Part shown: one piece after another, positions 24,290 to 36,569 of the stretch
How positions within the stretch are numbered: position 1 is the stretch's first letter
Layout: each line of letters opens with the position of its first letter
Assembly (NCBI RefSeq): GCF_018350175.1
Contig: NC_058368.1
Location: 238,950,001 to 239,014,000, forward strand
Reading direction: 5' to 3'
DNA: 64,000 nucleotides
Source: Felis catus
Lineage: Eukaryota
The notes under the pieces: model-generated
What the model was told of the DNA's origin: nothing
The model's database searches: none
The model's input: the letters and a program-made list of their open reading frames with translations, nothing else
Position numbers and translations under genes: made by a program

Positions 24290-24830
24290 TGGTTCTAATT
24301 TTGTGCAGAATGTGTCATTACTGTCGAAGGGAGAGTTACGCTGCCATTTACAAAGCAAAACCCCATATAGTTTTCATGCCTCCCTCATGTTTTAATTTCA
24401 GAATAATTGATACTGTTTACATTTACATTTACCGATTTCTGTGCTCTTGCTTCTTCCAATGCATCTCCTCCTTCCGGACAAAGTACGTGCTTGGTGGCTA
24501 CTCCAGGGGGAGGCTGTATGCTATACATACCCCTTTTCGTCACCAAATGTCCCAAAGTGCCTTATTTTACCCTCGTTCTGGAGCCTAGTCTGTCAATTTA
24601 GCGTTGACAGCTACTAACCCTCACACGCTGAAGCCACATTGCATTGTTTCCTGGCATCCGTCACTGTGAATGAGACTCTGTGGCCAGTGTGATTTCCTTC
24701 CCTTTGTGGGTGCGTTGGACACATCTCACGCAGCCCTGCGGACGGTCTCAGCCTCACCTGCTGTCTGGACCCTGACCGCCTTGCCATCCTCAGTGTCTGA
24801 GACACATCCACATCACACACCCTGGAAAGA
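24290..24830 (-). mobile_element. Decayed L1M fragment (ORF1 region)
   Basis: cattgcattgtttcctggcatcc..gtgaatgagactctgtggccagtgtgatt resembles antisense ORF1 end. Confidence 0.45.
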
Positions 24831-25713
24831 ATTCCTCAAAGATATTCCACCGTCAGTGAAGACAATGATACCTTCTGAGTTATTCTGAAAAATCAGAGAA
24901 CAGACTGCACGTTTTAGAACATGACACCTTTAGGTTTCAACCTCCATTAGCTGACTCTTGGAGGCCGTTCAATGTAGGAGGACAGGAGGGTCGGGCACTG
25001 AGGGAGGCAGTAAAGGCTGATTGTCCCTAAAACTCTGTCCAAGGCAATGCTGAGCAATGTTCACCATCCCCTGCCCACCCTCCTGCCTTCGGTCAAGGGT
25101 AACATCGTAGTGGACTCAACACTTCTGGTCCTGAGTGAGGCGGCTTGTCCTGACTGAGGGCATGTGCAGCGGGGTATTCCAACAGCCTAGAGCCAAGCTT
25201 TGGGAGGACAACTGGGCATCTGTCTCAGAAAGAAAAAGTGTCCTGGCCACTCATAGTGTCTTCCTTTAGGGACCTTGGGGCATCCAGGCACAGCTCTCTT
25301 TCTTCACTTGGAACACTCAAGAGCTGGGTTCTTCTTGTTCTCCTTTGAGATAAAAGTGGTAAGGCTGCTATTGGACAGCCAAGGAGACAGGTGCCTTTCT
25401 GGGCCCATGAGGCTAAGTCATGCAGAGTCCCCCAAATCCAGGCCGTGTAAGGCCAGCGGACCCCAGGGTTTGGTCTCCCTCTTCCAAGTCCATAAGCAGG
25501 TGGATAGGTCAGTTCGGGACACACCCTCCTTCTTCGTAAGACCAAAGACTTCAGATACAGAATACTGTTAACCGAACATTTCTGGCCCCCATTTTCCAGC
25601 TGAAATGGAACACCTGCTCATCTTGAAAAGGGAAAACAAAGAGAATCTAAGGCTGGGCTAGTACTGCCTTTAGAATGAAGAAAATGTTATGACAAGAGGA
25701 AATATTTCTTTTC

Positions 25714-25942
25714 TTTTTTTTTTTTTTAAATTTTTTTTTCAACGTTTATTTATTTTTGGGACAGAGAGAAACAGAGCATGAACGGGGGAGAGGCAGAGAG
25801 ACAGGGAGACACAGAATCGGAAACAGGCTCCAGGCTCCGAGCCGTCAGCCCAGAGCCTGACACGGGGCTCGAACTCACGGACTGCGAGATCGTGACCTGG
25901 CTGAAGTCGGACGCTTAACCGACTGCGTCACCCAGGCGCCCC
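25714..25942 (-). mobile_element. Young SINEC_Fc
   Basis: Long poly(T), near-consensus body; perfect TSD aaatatttcttttct. Confidence 0.97.
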
Positions 25943-26039
25943 AAAATATTTCTTTTCTAAAAGGCTGTGCAGGACCCTGGGAAGGAGGCAGAGGACAGAG
26001 ACCTGTCTGTGTGGGAGGCTGGGAAGGACACAGAGGACA

Positions 26040-29000
26040 CAGCATGGGGACCGGTCTTGCCACCCAGACAACTGCACTGGCAGAAGCTGGGTAACTGCTC
26101 GGACTGTGGAGTCTGCGGAAGGCCAGCAACTTCCCAGAGAAGTCTTGGTGGTAAACTGAGGTTAATTTCGGTCCGTCGCAGCTCCGAGCACAGGAGCAGC
26201 TCCCCAGGCCCGGCCCTGCCTGCCATGTGCTCCTGAAGCAGCTCGCACACAGTGGCATACCTGTTCCTCCAAGAGTACATTTTCCAGGACAGACCATATC
26301 TTACACCTGGGTGAGCAGAAAGGACCACGTCCTCCAATACTGAGGATCTGTGCCCCCACTGCTGGCTGATCAGGGAGATGCAGACACGGAGGTGGGTGTC
26401 GTTGTTGTGTCTCCCCTTCCCCCCACCCCACTGCAGCAAGCCCTGCAGCTGAAGGGACTTCCAGGAGATTTAAAGGCCTTGGGCCCTTCCTCCCCTTCAC
26501 AGCTATGGAATATACACAAAAAGAAATGAGAAGGAATTCTAACATTTCACTACAAAAAATCAACTAAAACAAGACAATAATGCAGAAACGGTAGACACAA
26601 AGGCTGTAAGGCACACAGAAATCAAATGGGGAAATGACAGAAGTAAGGCACCCACTATCAGGGATTACTCTACATGTAAGTGGATTAAACTCTCCAATCA
26701 GAAGACCAAGACTGCAAAAGGGAAAAAACACAAGATGCAGCCACCTGGCATCTACAAGAGACTCACTTGAGATCCACAGATACAAACCGTGTGAAATGAG
26801 AGGCCGGAGGGAACACTTCATGTGAACGGTGACCAGATTAGAGCGGGTGGCCCTACCAATATCAGGCAAAACAGACCCCAAATCAACAAATTTACAAGAC
26901 ACAAAGAAGGCATTATATGTTAATAAGAAGCTCTTTACAGCCAGAAGATACAATTACAAACATTTACGCACTCAATGAGAGACCGCCGAATTACACGAAG
27001 CAGAAATCCGCAAGACTGGGGAATAGATAGTCCTGTGATCATAGTTGGGAGACTTCGATGTCACTCACAGTAACGGACAGGACAAGCAGTCAAGAGAGAA
27101 GGACATAGAGGACCTGAACCACACAAGCACCGACCTCTAACAGACACCCAGGGGACACTCCACCCAGCAGTGGCACACCTGTTCCTCCAAGAGCACGTTT
27201 TCCAGGACAGACCATATCTTACACCACTAATTAAATCTCAGTAGATTTTAAAAGACAGATATTATACAAAATACCTTCTCCAACCATGATAGGATGAAGT
27301 TGGAAATCTGTAACAGAAGAAAAATTCACCAGTCTGTGGACATTAAATAAGACATGTCTAAACAACCAATAGATCAAAGAAGAAATAAATGCGGAAAATA
27401 CTTAGAGACAAATGGAAACAAAAGCACAACACGTCAAAACTTATGGGACACAGTGAAAGTGGTGCTAAGGGGGGAATTTATAGCTCTAAAGGCTTACATT
27501 AAAAAACAAGAAAGATCTCAAATCAACAAGTGAACTTTACTCTTAGGGAACCAGGAGAAGAGCAAACAACCCAAAGCTAGCAGAAGAGAGGAGATAGTAA
27601 AGCTTAGAGCAGAGTTGCATTAAGTGGAGAATAGGGAAACAATGGAGAGAACCAACGAAACCAAAGGTTGGTTCTTCAAAAAAATCAACAAAATTGACAA
27701 AATTTTAGCTAAATGCACTGAGAAAAACAGAGAAGTCTCAAATACGAGAATCAGAAATGGGAGTGGGGACATTACTGCCGATTCTACAGAAATAAAAAGA
27801 ATCGGGAGAGCCCTATGGACAACGGGACACCGACCAGTCCGATGACCTAGATGAAGGAGCACATCGCTAAAACACAAAACCCACCCAGACTGAATTACGA
27901 AAAGTAGACAATCTGGATGGACCAATACCTAGTCAGGAAATGGAATCGGTGATCAAAAGTCTGACAGAGAAGCCCAGGACCTGAGAGCTTCACCGGTGGA
28001 CCTACCGAACATTTAAAGGACTAATACCAATCTTTCCCAAACTTTCCCCCAAAACTGAAAAGCAGGGAATATTCCTAACTCATTGTGAGGCCAGCATTTC
28101 CCTCTACCAAGCCAAAGACACTATGTGCTCACAACCCTTATAAGGTCCCTCAAAAAGCAGTAGCAAACGCAATTTAGCACCTTCTTAAAAGGATCACACC
28201 CCGTGATCAAGCGTCCACGGACAGATGGATGGATGAGTGAAATGTGCCCCATGCATTGCATCGTAAGCACTCGGCGTGAGCACTCCAAAGGCATCCACTT
28301 CCAACAAACACAATGCCGGCTACACAACTGGGTACAGACACAGGCTGCCCCACCCCGGGCGTTCCCTTTCCAGAAAGCTCCGGCTGACCTAGATAGCAGA
28401 CGGTTTGAGTTACCTCACTTTAATTCCTGCTCCTGTTTTAAATTCACCAACGAAGAGTGAACCCACACCCTAGGCAGCCCACGCTTGACCCCGATAAGGG
28501 AAGTCCCCCAGGCCTGTGTTTTCTGTCTCCCTTGCCCACTGTGACCTCGCCGTGTGGCCCCAGGCATGCCGCGCGTACCCCTGGGACTTGGAAGTAAGAA
28601 GCCTGGTTTCTTCAGTGCTCCTCGATGGCTGTTGCAGGGGTGTGTCCTCCAAGGCTGGTCCAGCCCCTGGCTCATGTCAGGAGTGTCTGTGGAGGGTCAG
28701 GACAGGTAGTCCCACATTTCAGTCCACGGCGTCACGATCTGCAGGCGGAGACCAGCACAAAACAACGTGTGAGGCCGGCTTACTCCGCTTTAAGGAGGAG
28801 TGTGATTCCGAGCCTTGCTACAACACGGATGCACCCGGAGAACGTGGTGCTGAGAACAGCAAGCCATCACGGAGGACAGATGCTGCGTGGCTCCACTGAC
28901 ACGAGTCGCCAGAGTCAGAGCCGCGAGGGCCTGGGGGGCGCGGGCGGGGGTCGGCATTCAGGGGGCCGGAGCGCCGGTGTGGGGGTGGAAAGGGCTCTGC

Positions 29001-29120
29001 GGTGACAGTGGTGGCGTCTGCACGGCTGTGTGAACCTGCCTGATACAGCGAGCTGCACGCATAACACAGGTTAAGACGGAAAATGTTGCGGTTTGTGTTT
29101 TCCCGCAATAGGAAAATTGA
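26040..29120 (+). mobile_element. Old L1 (L1M4/L1MB-like): 5' UTR relic, ORF2 endonuclease to pre-RT region, 3' UTR, with large internal deletions
   Basis: ITLHVSGLNSPIRRPRL (ORF2 start, 26.66 kb); NETKGWFFKKINKIDK (27.65 kb); 5' relic tgcactggcagaa..gaggttaatttcggtc; 3' end ggttaagacggaaaatgttg..cgcaataggaaaa. Confidence 0.85.
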
Positions 29121-29297
29121 AAGCAAAAAGTGGTGGAGGACAATAAATCTAGTTTGGAGGACTAACCGGCGGACTGCGTACGACCCCCTCCTGAGCATAC
29201 ATCTGGGGAAATGGAAATGGGGAGCATACAGGAGGGAAATGGGGAAATGGAACACAGACACACAAGGACTGGACAGAAACGCTCGCACCAGCATGGG

Positions 29298-29534
29298 TTT
29301 ATTTATTTGCTTATTTTTAATTTTGTTTTTTAACGTTTATTCATTTTTGAGAGACAGAGAGAGACAGAGCATGAGCAGGGGAGGGGCAGACAGAGGGAGA
29401 CACAGAATCTGAAACAGGCTCCATGCTCTGAGCTGCCAGCACAGAGCCCGACGCGGGGCTCGAACTCACAGACGGTGAGATCATGACCTGAGCTGAAGTC
29501 AGACTCTCAACTGACTGAGCCACCCAGGTGCCCC
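29298..29534 (-). mobile_element. CanSINE
   Basis: Full body; TSD ccagcatgggttta / ccagcatgacttta. Confidence 0.95.
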
Positions 29535-29883
29535 CCAGCATGACTTTAATAGCCAGAAAGCAGGAAGAGTCGAGGGAGCACCGCTTGACAGACGGGACGG
29601 AAACCTTAACATCCTCACAGAGGATGAAGGACCGACATGGCCACAGTGGAGGGGCCCGGGCGCCACGACACTCTGTGAGGGCAGTGCGGGGACCACGTCC
29701 TCGTGGGGGCCTTTCTCTGAAGCATCCAGAACAGGCAGATCCTCGGAGACAGAAAGTCGCTTAGCCGTCGGGAGCTGGGGGCGCCTTTTAATGGGTGGCG
29801 GGTCTTTAGCAGGGATTCAGTGCTCTATTGATATCGCGAGGGAGGCACACTCTGGAATATACTAAAAGCCATTGAATGATACA

Positions 29884-30086
29884 TTTTTTAATGTGTATTT
29901 TTTTTTGAGAGAGAGAGAGACAGAGTGCCAGTGTGGGAGGGGCAGAGAGAGAAGGAGAATCCAAAGCAGGCTCCAGGCTCTGAGGTGTCAGCACAGAGCC
30001 TGATGTGGGGCTTGAACTCATGGACCGTGAGATCATGACCTGAGCTGAAGTCAGACGCTTCACCGACTGAGCCACCCAGGCACCCC
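29884..30086 (-). mobile_element. CanSINE
   Basis: Full body; TSD gaatgataca. Confidence 0.95.
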
Positions 30087-31229
30087 GAATGATACACTTT
30101 TAATAGATGAATTATATGGTATGTGAATTACATCTCAACAAAGCTGTTTTTAAAAAACAAAAAAGCAAAAAGGAAATCGTGTAACAACGGACATTGACTC
30201 AACTTTGCTGAGTCCTAGAACAAAGCACGCGTTGGCCACTGGCTCGGCTCAGAGGAAAGTGAAGTTTGGTGAAACAGGGTTCGACTTTGCAGAGGAAATC
30301 ACGCTCAGAGCCGGCCACACGGGGCTTCTCCCGGTCCCCAAACGCAGTCCCCCCAGGATAAATAGCGGCTTCCGTTTATGGAACAACTTCTTGGAAAAAT
30401 CCAAGCCACAGACAGAACCAGTCACTTGACAGCGTCTGATCCAGAGGCGGGTGGAGCCAGGCAGGGAGTGGCCTCGACCAGGGATGGGGACCCCAGGTGG
30501 GCTCTGCTCTCCAAGGGCCTGGGGCCGACTCCCCCTCCCTCCTTTGCAGGGAGAGAGGCAACCAGCCTCGTATATACAGCCTTGTATATACGCACGTGTG
30601 TACATACTTATATTAACAGAACACACACACGGCAGAAAGTTCGGAACGGGCACAAAGGGTTTCTGTGTGGAGCGAGCCCCAGCCAAGGTGCTCTCACTCC
30701 AGAAGCCACTGGTCGGGGCTGGCACTGTCCCCAGGCTCTCTGCCCTGCAGGATTCTTTCTCTTTTCCTACAGAGAACAGCCACTCGCCCTCTCCGCCACC
30801 CCCCACCCCCACCCCGGCTGGAAGACGTTGCTGTCCCCAGCCCCAGTCCTCCTGTCCCTGCACCGTGGCTCGTTTGGATCATCTGAGCCCTGTACGTCCT
30901 CATACAGTGAGTCTGTTCCCCTCAACGCTGTTCCTTTCCAAAAGTCTCCTGGCTGTGATTTATTTAGCCAGAAAATCCTTTATTTCATTTAACTTTCAAA
31001 AGATCCAGTGTAGTTTAAAAATACTACCCCCTGTCGTGGGGAGGATCAGCCCCTTTTCCCCCATGAGGGGCCCCTCAGTCCCTGTGGTTCAATTTACTGT
31101 GGTTTCCTAGAATCCTTAGCTCATGGGTGGTTTTTACAAACTATGAATTTATAGCTCAACCAGCTTGTTTCAGTTGTTGGGTGAAAATAGTCTCTTGTGA
31201 CTTTCTACATGGTAATGAAGCAGAACTTA

Positions 31230-31768
31230 AATGTATACTTTTTATATAAGCTTGTTTATTTGTAGAATTTTTTAAGTAATATATTTAAAAATTTTTAAAT
31301 TTTGACAGGAATGTTGCAAGAATAACAAGAGAAACATTTTCTGTTTGACCACTGAGGATAACTTGGCAATGAGACATGTCATTACCCCTCTACCTCCTGT
31401 TCGGTTCTCACTCCCACCTTTAGCTGAGGCAGTGCTCTCCAGCATCTTGCCTGTGAGGGTACCTTTCCCCGTGTCTCTAATGAGGTTCTCTGAGACTACG
31501 CGAACGTCATAATCCTCCTCAAATTTCCCAGTTATTAACTTATGTAAGTACGGATTCATGAGCCCTACTTTCATTCACTAGGTTAGAATTCATTGTTATT
31601 ATTACGGGGCGCCTGGGGGCTCAGTCGGTTGACTGTCAGACTTCAGGTCAGGTCGTGATCTCGTGGTCCATGAGTTCGAGCCCCGCATTGGGCTCTGTGC
31701 TGACAGCTCAGAGCCTGGAGCCTGCTTCAGATTCTGTGTTTCCCTCTCTCTGCCCCTCCCCTGCTCAT

Positions 31769-31806
<38 letters not shown>

Positions 31807-32270
31807 AAAAATAAACATTAAAGAAAAATTGATTGTTATGATTACTTACTTTCACGATTGGATGGTTTTGTTTCGGCTGGCTTGTGCTCTGTTCACACGG
31901 CCTCATCTTTCTGACACAGGTTCCTGGCTCATCTTGCCCCAGGACTCTGGGCTGCCCTGGGAAACCCAGGTCTGGTGTTGGGTGCGCTCACTGTTGTGGG
32001 GACACTGTTGGTCCCTACTATGACCCCATCGGAGGTGGGACACACATGCTAGTTCACATCTATAGTTATGTCTGTGTCCACCTTGTATTTTGAAAATGAT
32101 CAGTTCATACAGACATAATCAGTTCCAATCCAAGTCAGAGTTTACAATGGTTTTCTCTCCTCCCGAAATTTGTAACTCCCTTTTTAGACATTTAAGAAAC
32201 TCAGCTCCCATCATCCTCAACAGACTTATGTCTTTGATTCATCCCCTCTTAGGTAATCAGTCTCCAGTTA
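31230..32270 (-). mobile_element. Old L1MC/ME 3' UTR fragments
   Basis: AT-rich, with ggattcatg..ggttagaattcattgttatt and gaaaatgatcagttcatac..agttccaatcca motifs. Confidence 0.5.
31606..31828 (+). mobile_element. CanSINE with long (CT)n
   Basis: Full body; TSD attcattgttattattac / attgattgttatgattac. Confidence 0.95.
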
Positions 32271-33202
32271 GCAGCCCCCTTCACCCCCATGACGCTCTGT
32301 CCATCTTGCTCGGGCTCTGACAGCCCACCCCAGGTCGCCCTGAGCGGATGCCTCTCACCCTGAGTTCCGGCACCACATGTCAGGCCGGGCCATGGTCTCT
32401 GCCCCCACCTGCCCATTGTGCTGGGGGTTGGCCACACAGGGTGGCGGATGCCCTACTCCCCCAGGCTCCAGTTCTGAGGTTGGGGGTCTTCACCCACAGG
32501 CGGCAAGGTCACCTGGGCACAGGAAGTGGGAAGAAAAGGGATTTGGCAAGGGCAGAGGCCAGGGGGCCACTCTGCCACCCAAGCAGGTGGCAGGGGGCTC
32601 TGTGAGGTCCACGCCCTGCTGTGGACCCCGCAGTGGGAACTTCGCGACTGCACCGGCTTTGCAGGTAACACGACTAGGTGTGCTCTCCGAATCCCAAGGC
32701 CGCCTTCCAAACAAAGACCGAAAGACCTGATAAAGAACCGATTAAATGCCGTTTCTTCATCTGCTTTTATTTTATGTGACGGGCAGAACCTAATCTCGGG
32801 AAGGGATGGGCGGGCCCCTTATCTTCCCAGCACAGGGAAATGGACAACCCCCTCCCAGCAAAGTCTTTGAACTGCAGGTAAGAGCCGGCCCCAAGGAAGG
32901 CCTGCTGGCCAGAATCAAGGGGAGGAAGGAAGTGGGAGTTTATCTGGGGATGACTTGGCGGGGGTGGGGGGGGGGTCACGGGCCACCTAGGACAAGGCTG
33001 GGCTTATGGTCAGCAAAGGGAAGGCAGCGGGGAGGTTGTGGGCAGAGCAGACGCAGCTCTGGGACAAGGGGGCCAGAGGGAGGCGGGGCTGGCGTCGCTG
33101 GAGACCAGCTGGGCATTTCCCTGCACAGACAAGGTCACCGCAAGTTGTGAGCCCACAGAGGATACTCCGAGCTTGTCAGGAGCCCGGCACCCCACGCCCA
33201 GC

Positions 33203-33463
33203 ATGTGGGCACGGGGATCTGGCCCGTATGCCTTTGTGCTGGTGGCCTGGCTCACGGGCACCGCCCACTCCTGGGCACTCGTCAGCGGGGGCCGGAGGCC
33301 AGAGACCACCGCCCCCTGGAACAGCAGCGGGATCCCGGCGGCCAGCGCGCGGCGGCTGTCTGTGCGGGGCCCCTTCCTCCTCACCATGTGGACCCTGGTG
33401 GCCCTTTCGTCCCTCCTGGGTAAGCACGCTGCGCCGGTTCAGGGTTTCCACTCTTGGGCTTGA
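33203..33463 (+). CDS. Candidate small membrane or secreted protein ORF (86 aa) or signal-peptide exon; unverified
   Basis: cccagcATG; hydrophobic N-terminus, NSS sequon, second hydrophobic stretch; internal ctcaccATG at 33386 and phase-1 donor CTGG|GTAAGC after 33419. No homolog recognised. Confidence 0.2.
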   Translation: MWARGSGPYAFVLVAWLTGTAHSWALVSGGRRPETTAPWNSSGIPAASARRLSVRGPFLLTMWTLVALSSLLGKHAAPVQGFHSWA

Positions 33464-33920
33464 AACAAACCTCCAGAAGCATGTGCTCTGGTCCCACCAA
33501 GAGTTTTTGTGGTTTCATTTCATGATTCCTCGAGCCTTGTAAATATTCTCCGGTAAGCACTGTTCTTCCGGAACGGCAAACAGCTTCCTGGGCTCCTGGT
33601 GAGCAGCTGATGAGCTCTGGTCCCCTCCCTGTGCTCCGAGACTCCATGGCCCTGTTGTCACACACCTGCCCAGTGGGACCGGGAGGAGGGAGGCCAAGTC
33701 CTGGAGTCTGTCGGCCTTTCGAGGGCTCCTCTGAGATGAAATGGCCCACCTGAGCACACGAAGACTATCCTGGTCAACGCCACCTGCCCGATGGAGCCTC
33801 TCGAGCAGGGCCCATAGGCCTGGTCCCCATGTGTCTGTGCACCATCGTGCATGGAGAGGACTGTGTCCCTTGCACAGGGGGTCAGCCATCCCCTGGCAAC
33901 TCTTGGCGCACACACTGAGC

Positions 33921-34106
33921 TTTTTTCAGAGAGAGAAAGAGAGTGTGGGCAGAGGGAGAGGAGCAGAGGGAGAGAGAATCTTAAGGGGACCCCATGCTGA
34001 GCATAGAGCCTAACACAGGGCTTGATCCCACGACCCTGGGATCATGACCTGAATGAGCCAAAATCAAGAGTCGGACGCTCAACCCACTGAGCCCCCCGGG
34101 TGCCCC
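33921..34106 (-). mobile_element. Older CanSINE
   Basis: (GA)n, cttgatcccacgaccctgggatcatgacctga..aaatcaagagtcggacgctcaacc. Confidence 0.92.
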
Positions 34107-35029
34107 ACCGTTAGCTTGCTTTATACCGAGTATGAAAAGATTAACATCAGCTGCCCCACGATTTCACAAATTTCCAAATAGCAGAGTCTGAATTTGTGTT
34201 TGTTCCTTATAAAGAATGTCGCCTCTTGGTAACATTGCACAGAACAGTTAATTCAGCTCCAAGGGTAGATTGAATTTGGGGACTGCAGCATCAGATTGAA
34301 CGAAAACCTGACCGTCCAGCATGTGATCAGATTAAGAAAGACACAGAATGTATTCGGTTATGCCTGATTCCAATGGCTTCTTTAGAAAGAGAATTGATGT
34401 GGCCAGAAAATTCCCAGCGGCACCTCTGTGTGCACTTAGGACTGGCCGCCCACGGGCGTTCGCTGTGTGTGAAGATCTGGCCCCAGCCCGGCCTGGCTGA
34501 TGGCCACGTGTCCTTCCTAAACGGAACTGGCTGGCCCTCAGGCAGTGTCCTACTGAGTACAGGCCAGCGAGGAAATAAACGTGAAGTGCTTTGCTCAATG
34601 CAGAGACACCTACAGAGAAGCCTGTGCCAAGCATGCAGGGCCCGTCAACAGACAAAAGGTCGCCCGCACCTGACTTGGGGTGCTGCCAGTTTCCCTGGTG
34701 ACAGAAAACTTCTCGTGTAACCACACACGTGAGCAGCAGCCCTCGGTGGCAGAAGGAACCTGCTCCCCCGGATTTCAGTGAGAGGCTGGGAGGGCCAGGA
34801 ATTGTTGGGCTGGGAGGGGTGCCTAGATGTACGTGTGAATGCAGGCTTATGTGGAGGGAGCACCCAGTGCCTCTGGTCCAACCTTGGCCATGTGCCCGTG
34901 GCATGGGACAGTCTCATCGACAACACCTCGCCGGCCTTTCTGAAACCCAGACGGCACCAAATACCGCAAGTGTTTTCTTAAGTTTGGTGTAAAATCTGCC
35001 TGAACTGGATCTAGTCTATCTCACTGTGA

Positions 35030-35190
35030 GCAACCACCAGTGTGTTTGATTTTGGGATGCTGCCCAAAGCCCACGGGGGCATCACCTAACATAGCACAGT
35101 ATATGCACCGTATTTGATTTCTAAGACCTGACGAGGTCTGCATCCCCAAGCCATCTACCCCAAGGGTATCAGAGGAGGAAGAGTGGATGT
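35030..35190 (+). mobile_element. TcMar-Tigger relic (Tigger13-like end)
   Basis: gcacagtatatgcaccgtatt..tttctaa..catctaccccaagggtatcag resembles a Tigger terminal segment, from recall. Confidence 0.4.
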
Positions 35191-36569
35191 GGTTTCATGT
35201 GAGCTCTGAATTACTGGGGTTTTCCAGCACCCTTCAGAAAGGCTGCTTCGTCAAGCAACAGAGGGAACTGCCCCTTGTAGCTGAGCAGTCTAATTACTAA
35301 AATACAAACAGTTTCACGGCGGCTCTGGAACTTTAGAGCAACAGGAGGCTGTATGAGAGCCCTGGAACTCTCCTGGAGACTGTGTGTGTGAACCTCATGG
35401 TGGGCTCCCCAGAATCCCCTCCACAGCACAAGTAGGGTTTTGACATTTGAGGGTATATTTGGGTTTGGCAGATTTTTCTTCCTCTTGCAGTGTGAACCGG
35501 CAAACTCCTGGGAGCTCTGAGAAGCCCATGAAACAGGCTTCAAGCTGAAGGACACTGAAGGGCATGAGGGGGCGCATGGAGGCAGGGGACCCAGGGAAGT
35601 CTAGACAACCAAGTTCTCCATCGCTGGTGGGGGACAGTGGGGCTGGGGCTCAGGCCGCAGCCCTCCGCCGTAGGAAGTGCTGTCCATGGTTCAGCCTGGG
35701 GTGGCGGGTGTTCAGCTGTGGCCGCGGATGCGGACATGGGAACGGATCAGCCCCAGGCTCTGGAGGGAACTGCCAGCAGCTGACGGGAGAGTGCACTCCA
35801 TGTGGGCAACACAGGCACCGGCCAGGCCACGGGTCTCCTGGGGAGGGCCGAGGGGACCAGGCCCGGCAGGTTGTCCTGACTCAGTGACACAAGGCCATCC
35901 AGGGCCCCGACCACCCTCTCCTGTGTGCTGTGGGGAAACCACAAGCCAGGACTCGGAGTGTGCTACGGGGGTGTGCCCGGTGTGGGGTCGGGTGGAAGGG
36001 AAGGTTTCCTTCTGGGATAGGACAGACCACAGCCGGTCTGTAGGCTGATAGGGCTCATCAAGCAGAGAGGGAGGAGGGGATCCAGCGCCGGGGCAGGGGG
36101 GGGGGCGGGGGGAGGGGCCCTGAGCCGGCTCAGGTGGAGCCCCAGGGGGGCGGAAGAAGGAAGTAGGCAGCACCAGGGCACAAGTATCCGCTTACACACA
36201 ACAGCCGTTTGCCAAGGGGGTCCAAGGTGATGATGCAGAGAAATGGGAAGGCACACAGGGCCTGGTACAGAGGGGTGAGGGCATCCGGGGGCAGTGGAGG
36301 ACGGAGGGTCAGTGGCCTGGAGGCCCTGCTGGCCCTTGTCAGGGAGGAGACCCACACATGGCCTGTGCAGGGGTGGGTAGCACAAGGTCTGGGGTCAGCA
36401 TGAAAGGAAGGGTCCAGGTGGGCAGAAGAGCTCAGGAAGGAGCCACGAGAATCCGGGGTGGGGGGTCGGGGGTCTAATGGAGGGAGGAGCCAGGAGCTAA
36501 AATCCCAGCGAAGGGGGTGTGGCCTGGCCAAGGAAGGTGCTGTGTGATGACCGGGGAGAAGGGTCCAGA

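Larger units (their letters stand above)
29130..30170 (+). mobile_element. L1M 3' UTR (L1MB/ME-like) interrupted by two SINEs
   Basis: Ends gatgaattatatggtatgtgaattacatctcaacaaagctgtt plus A-rich tail. Confidence 0.75.
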
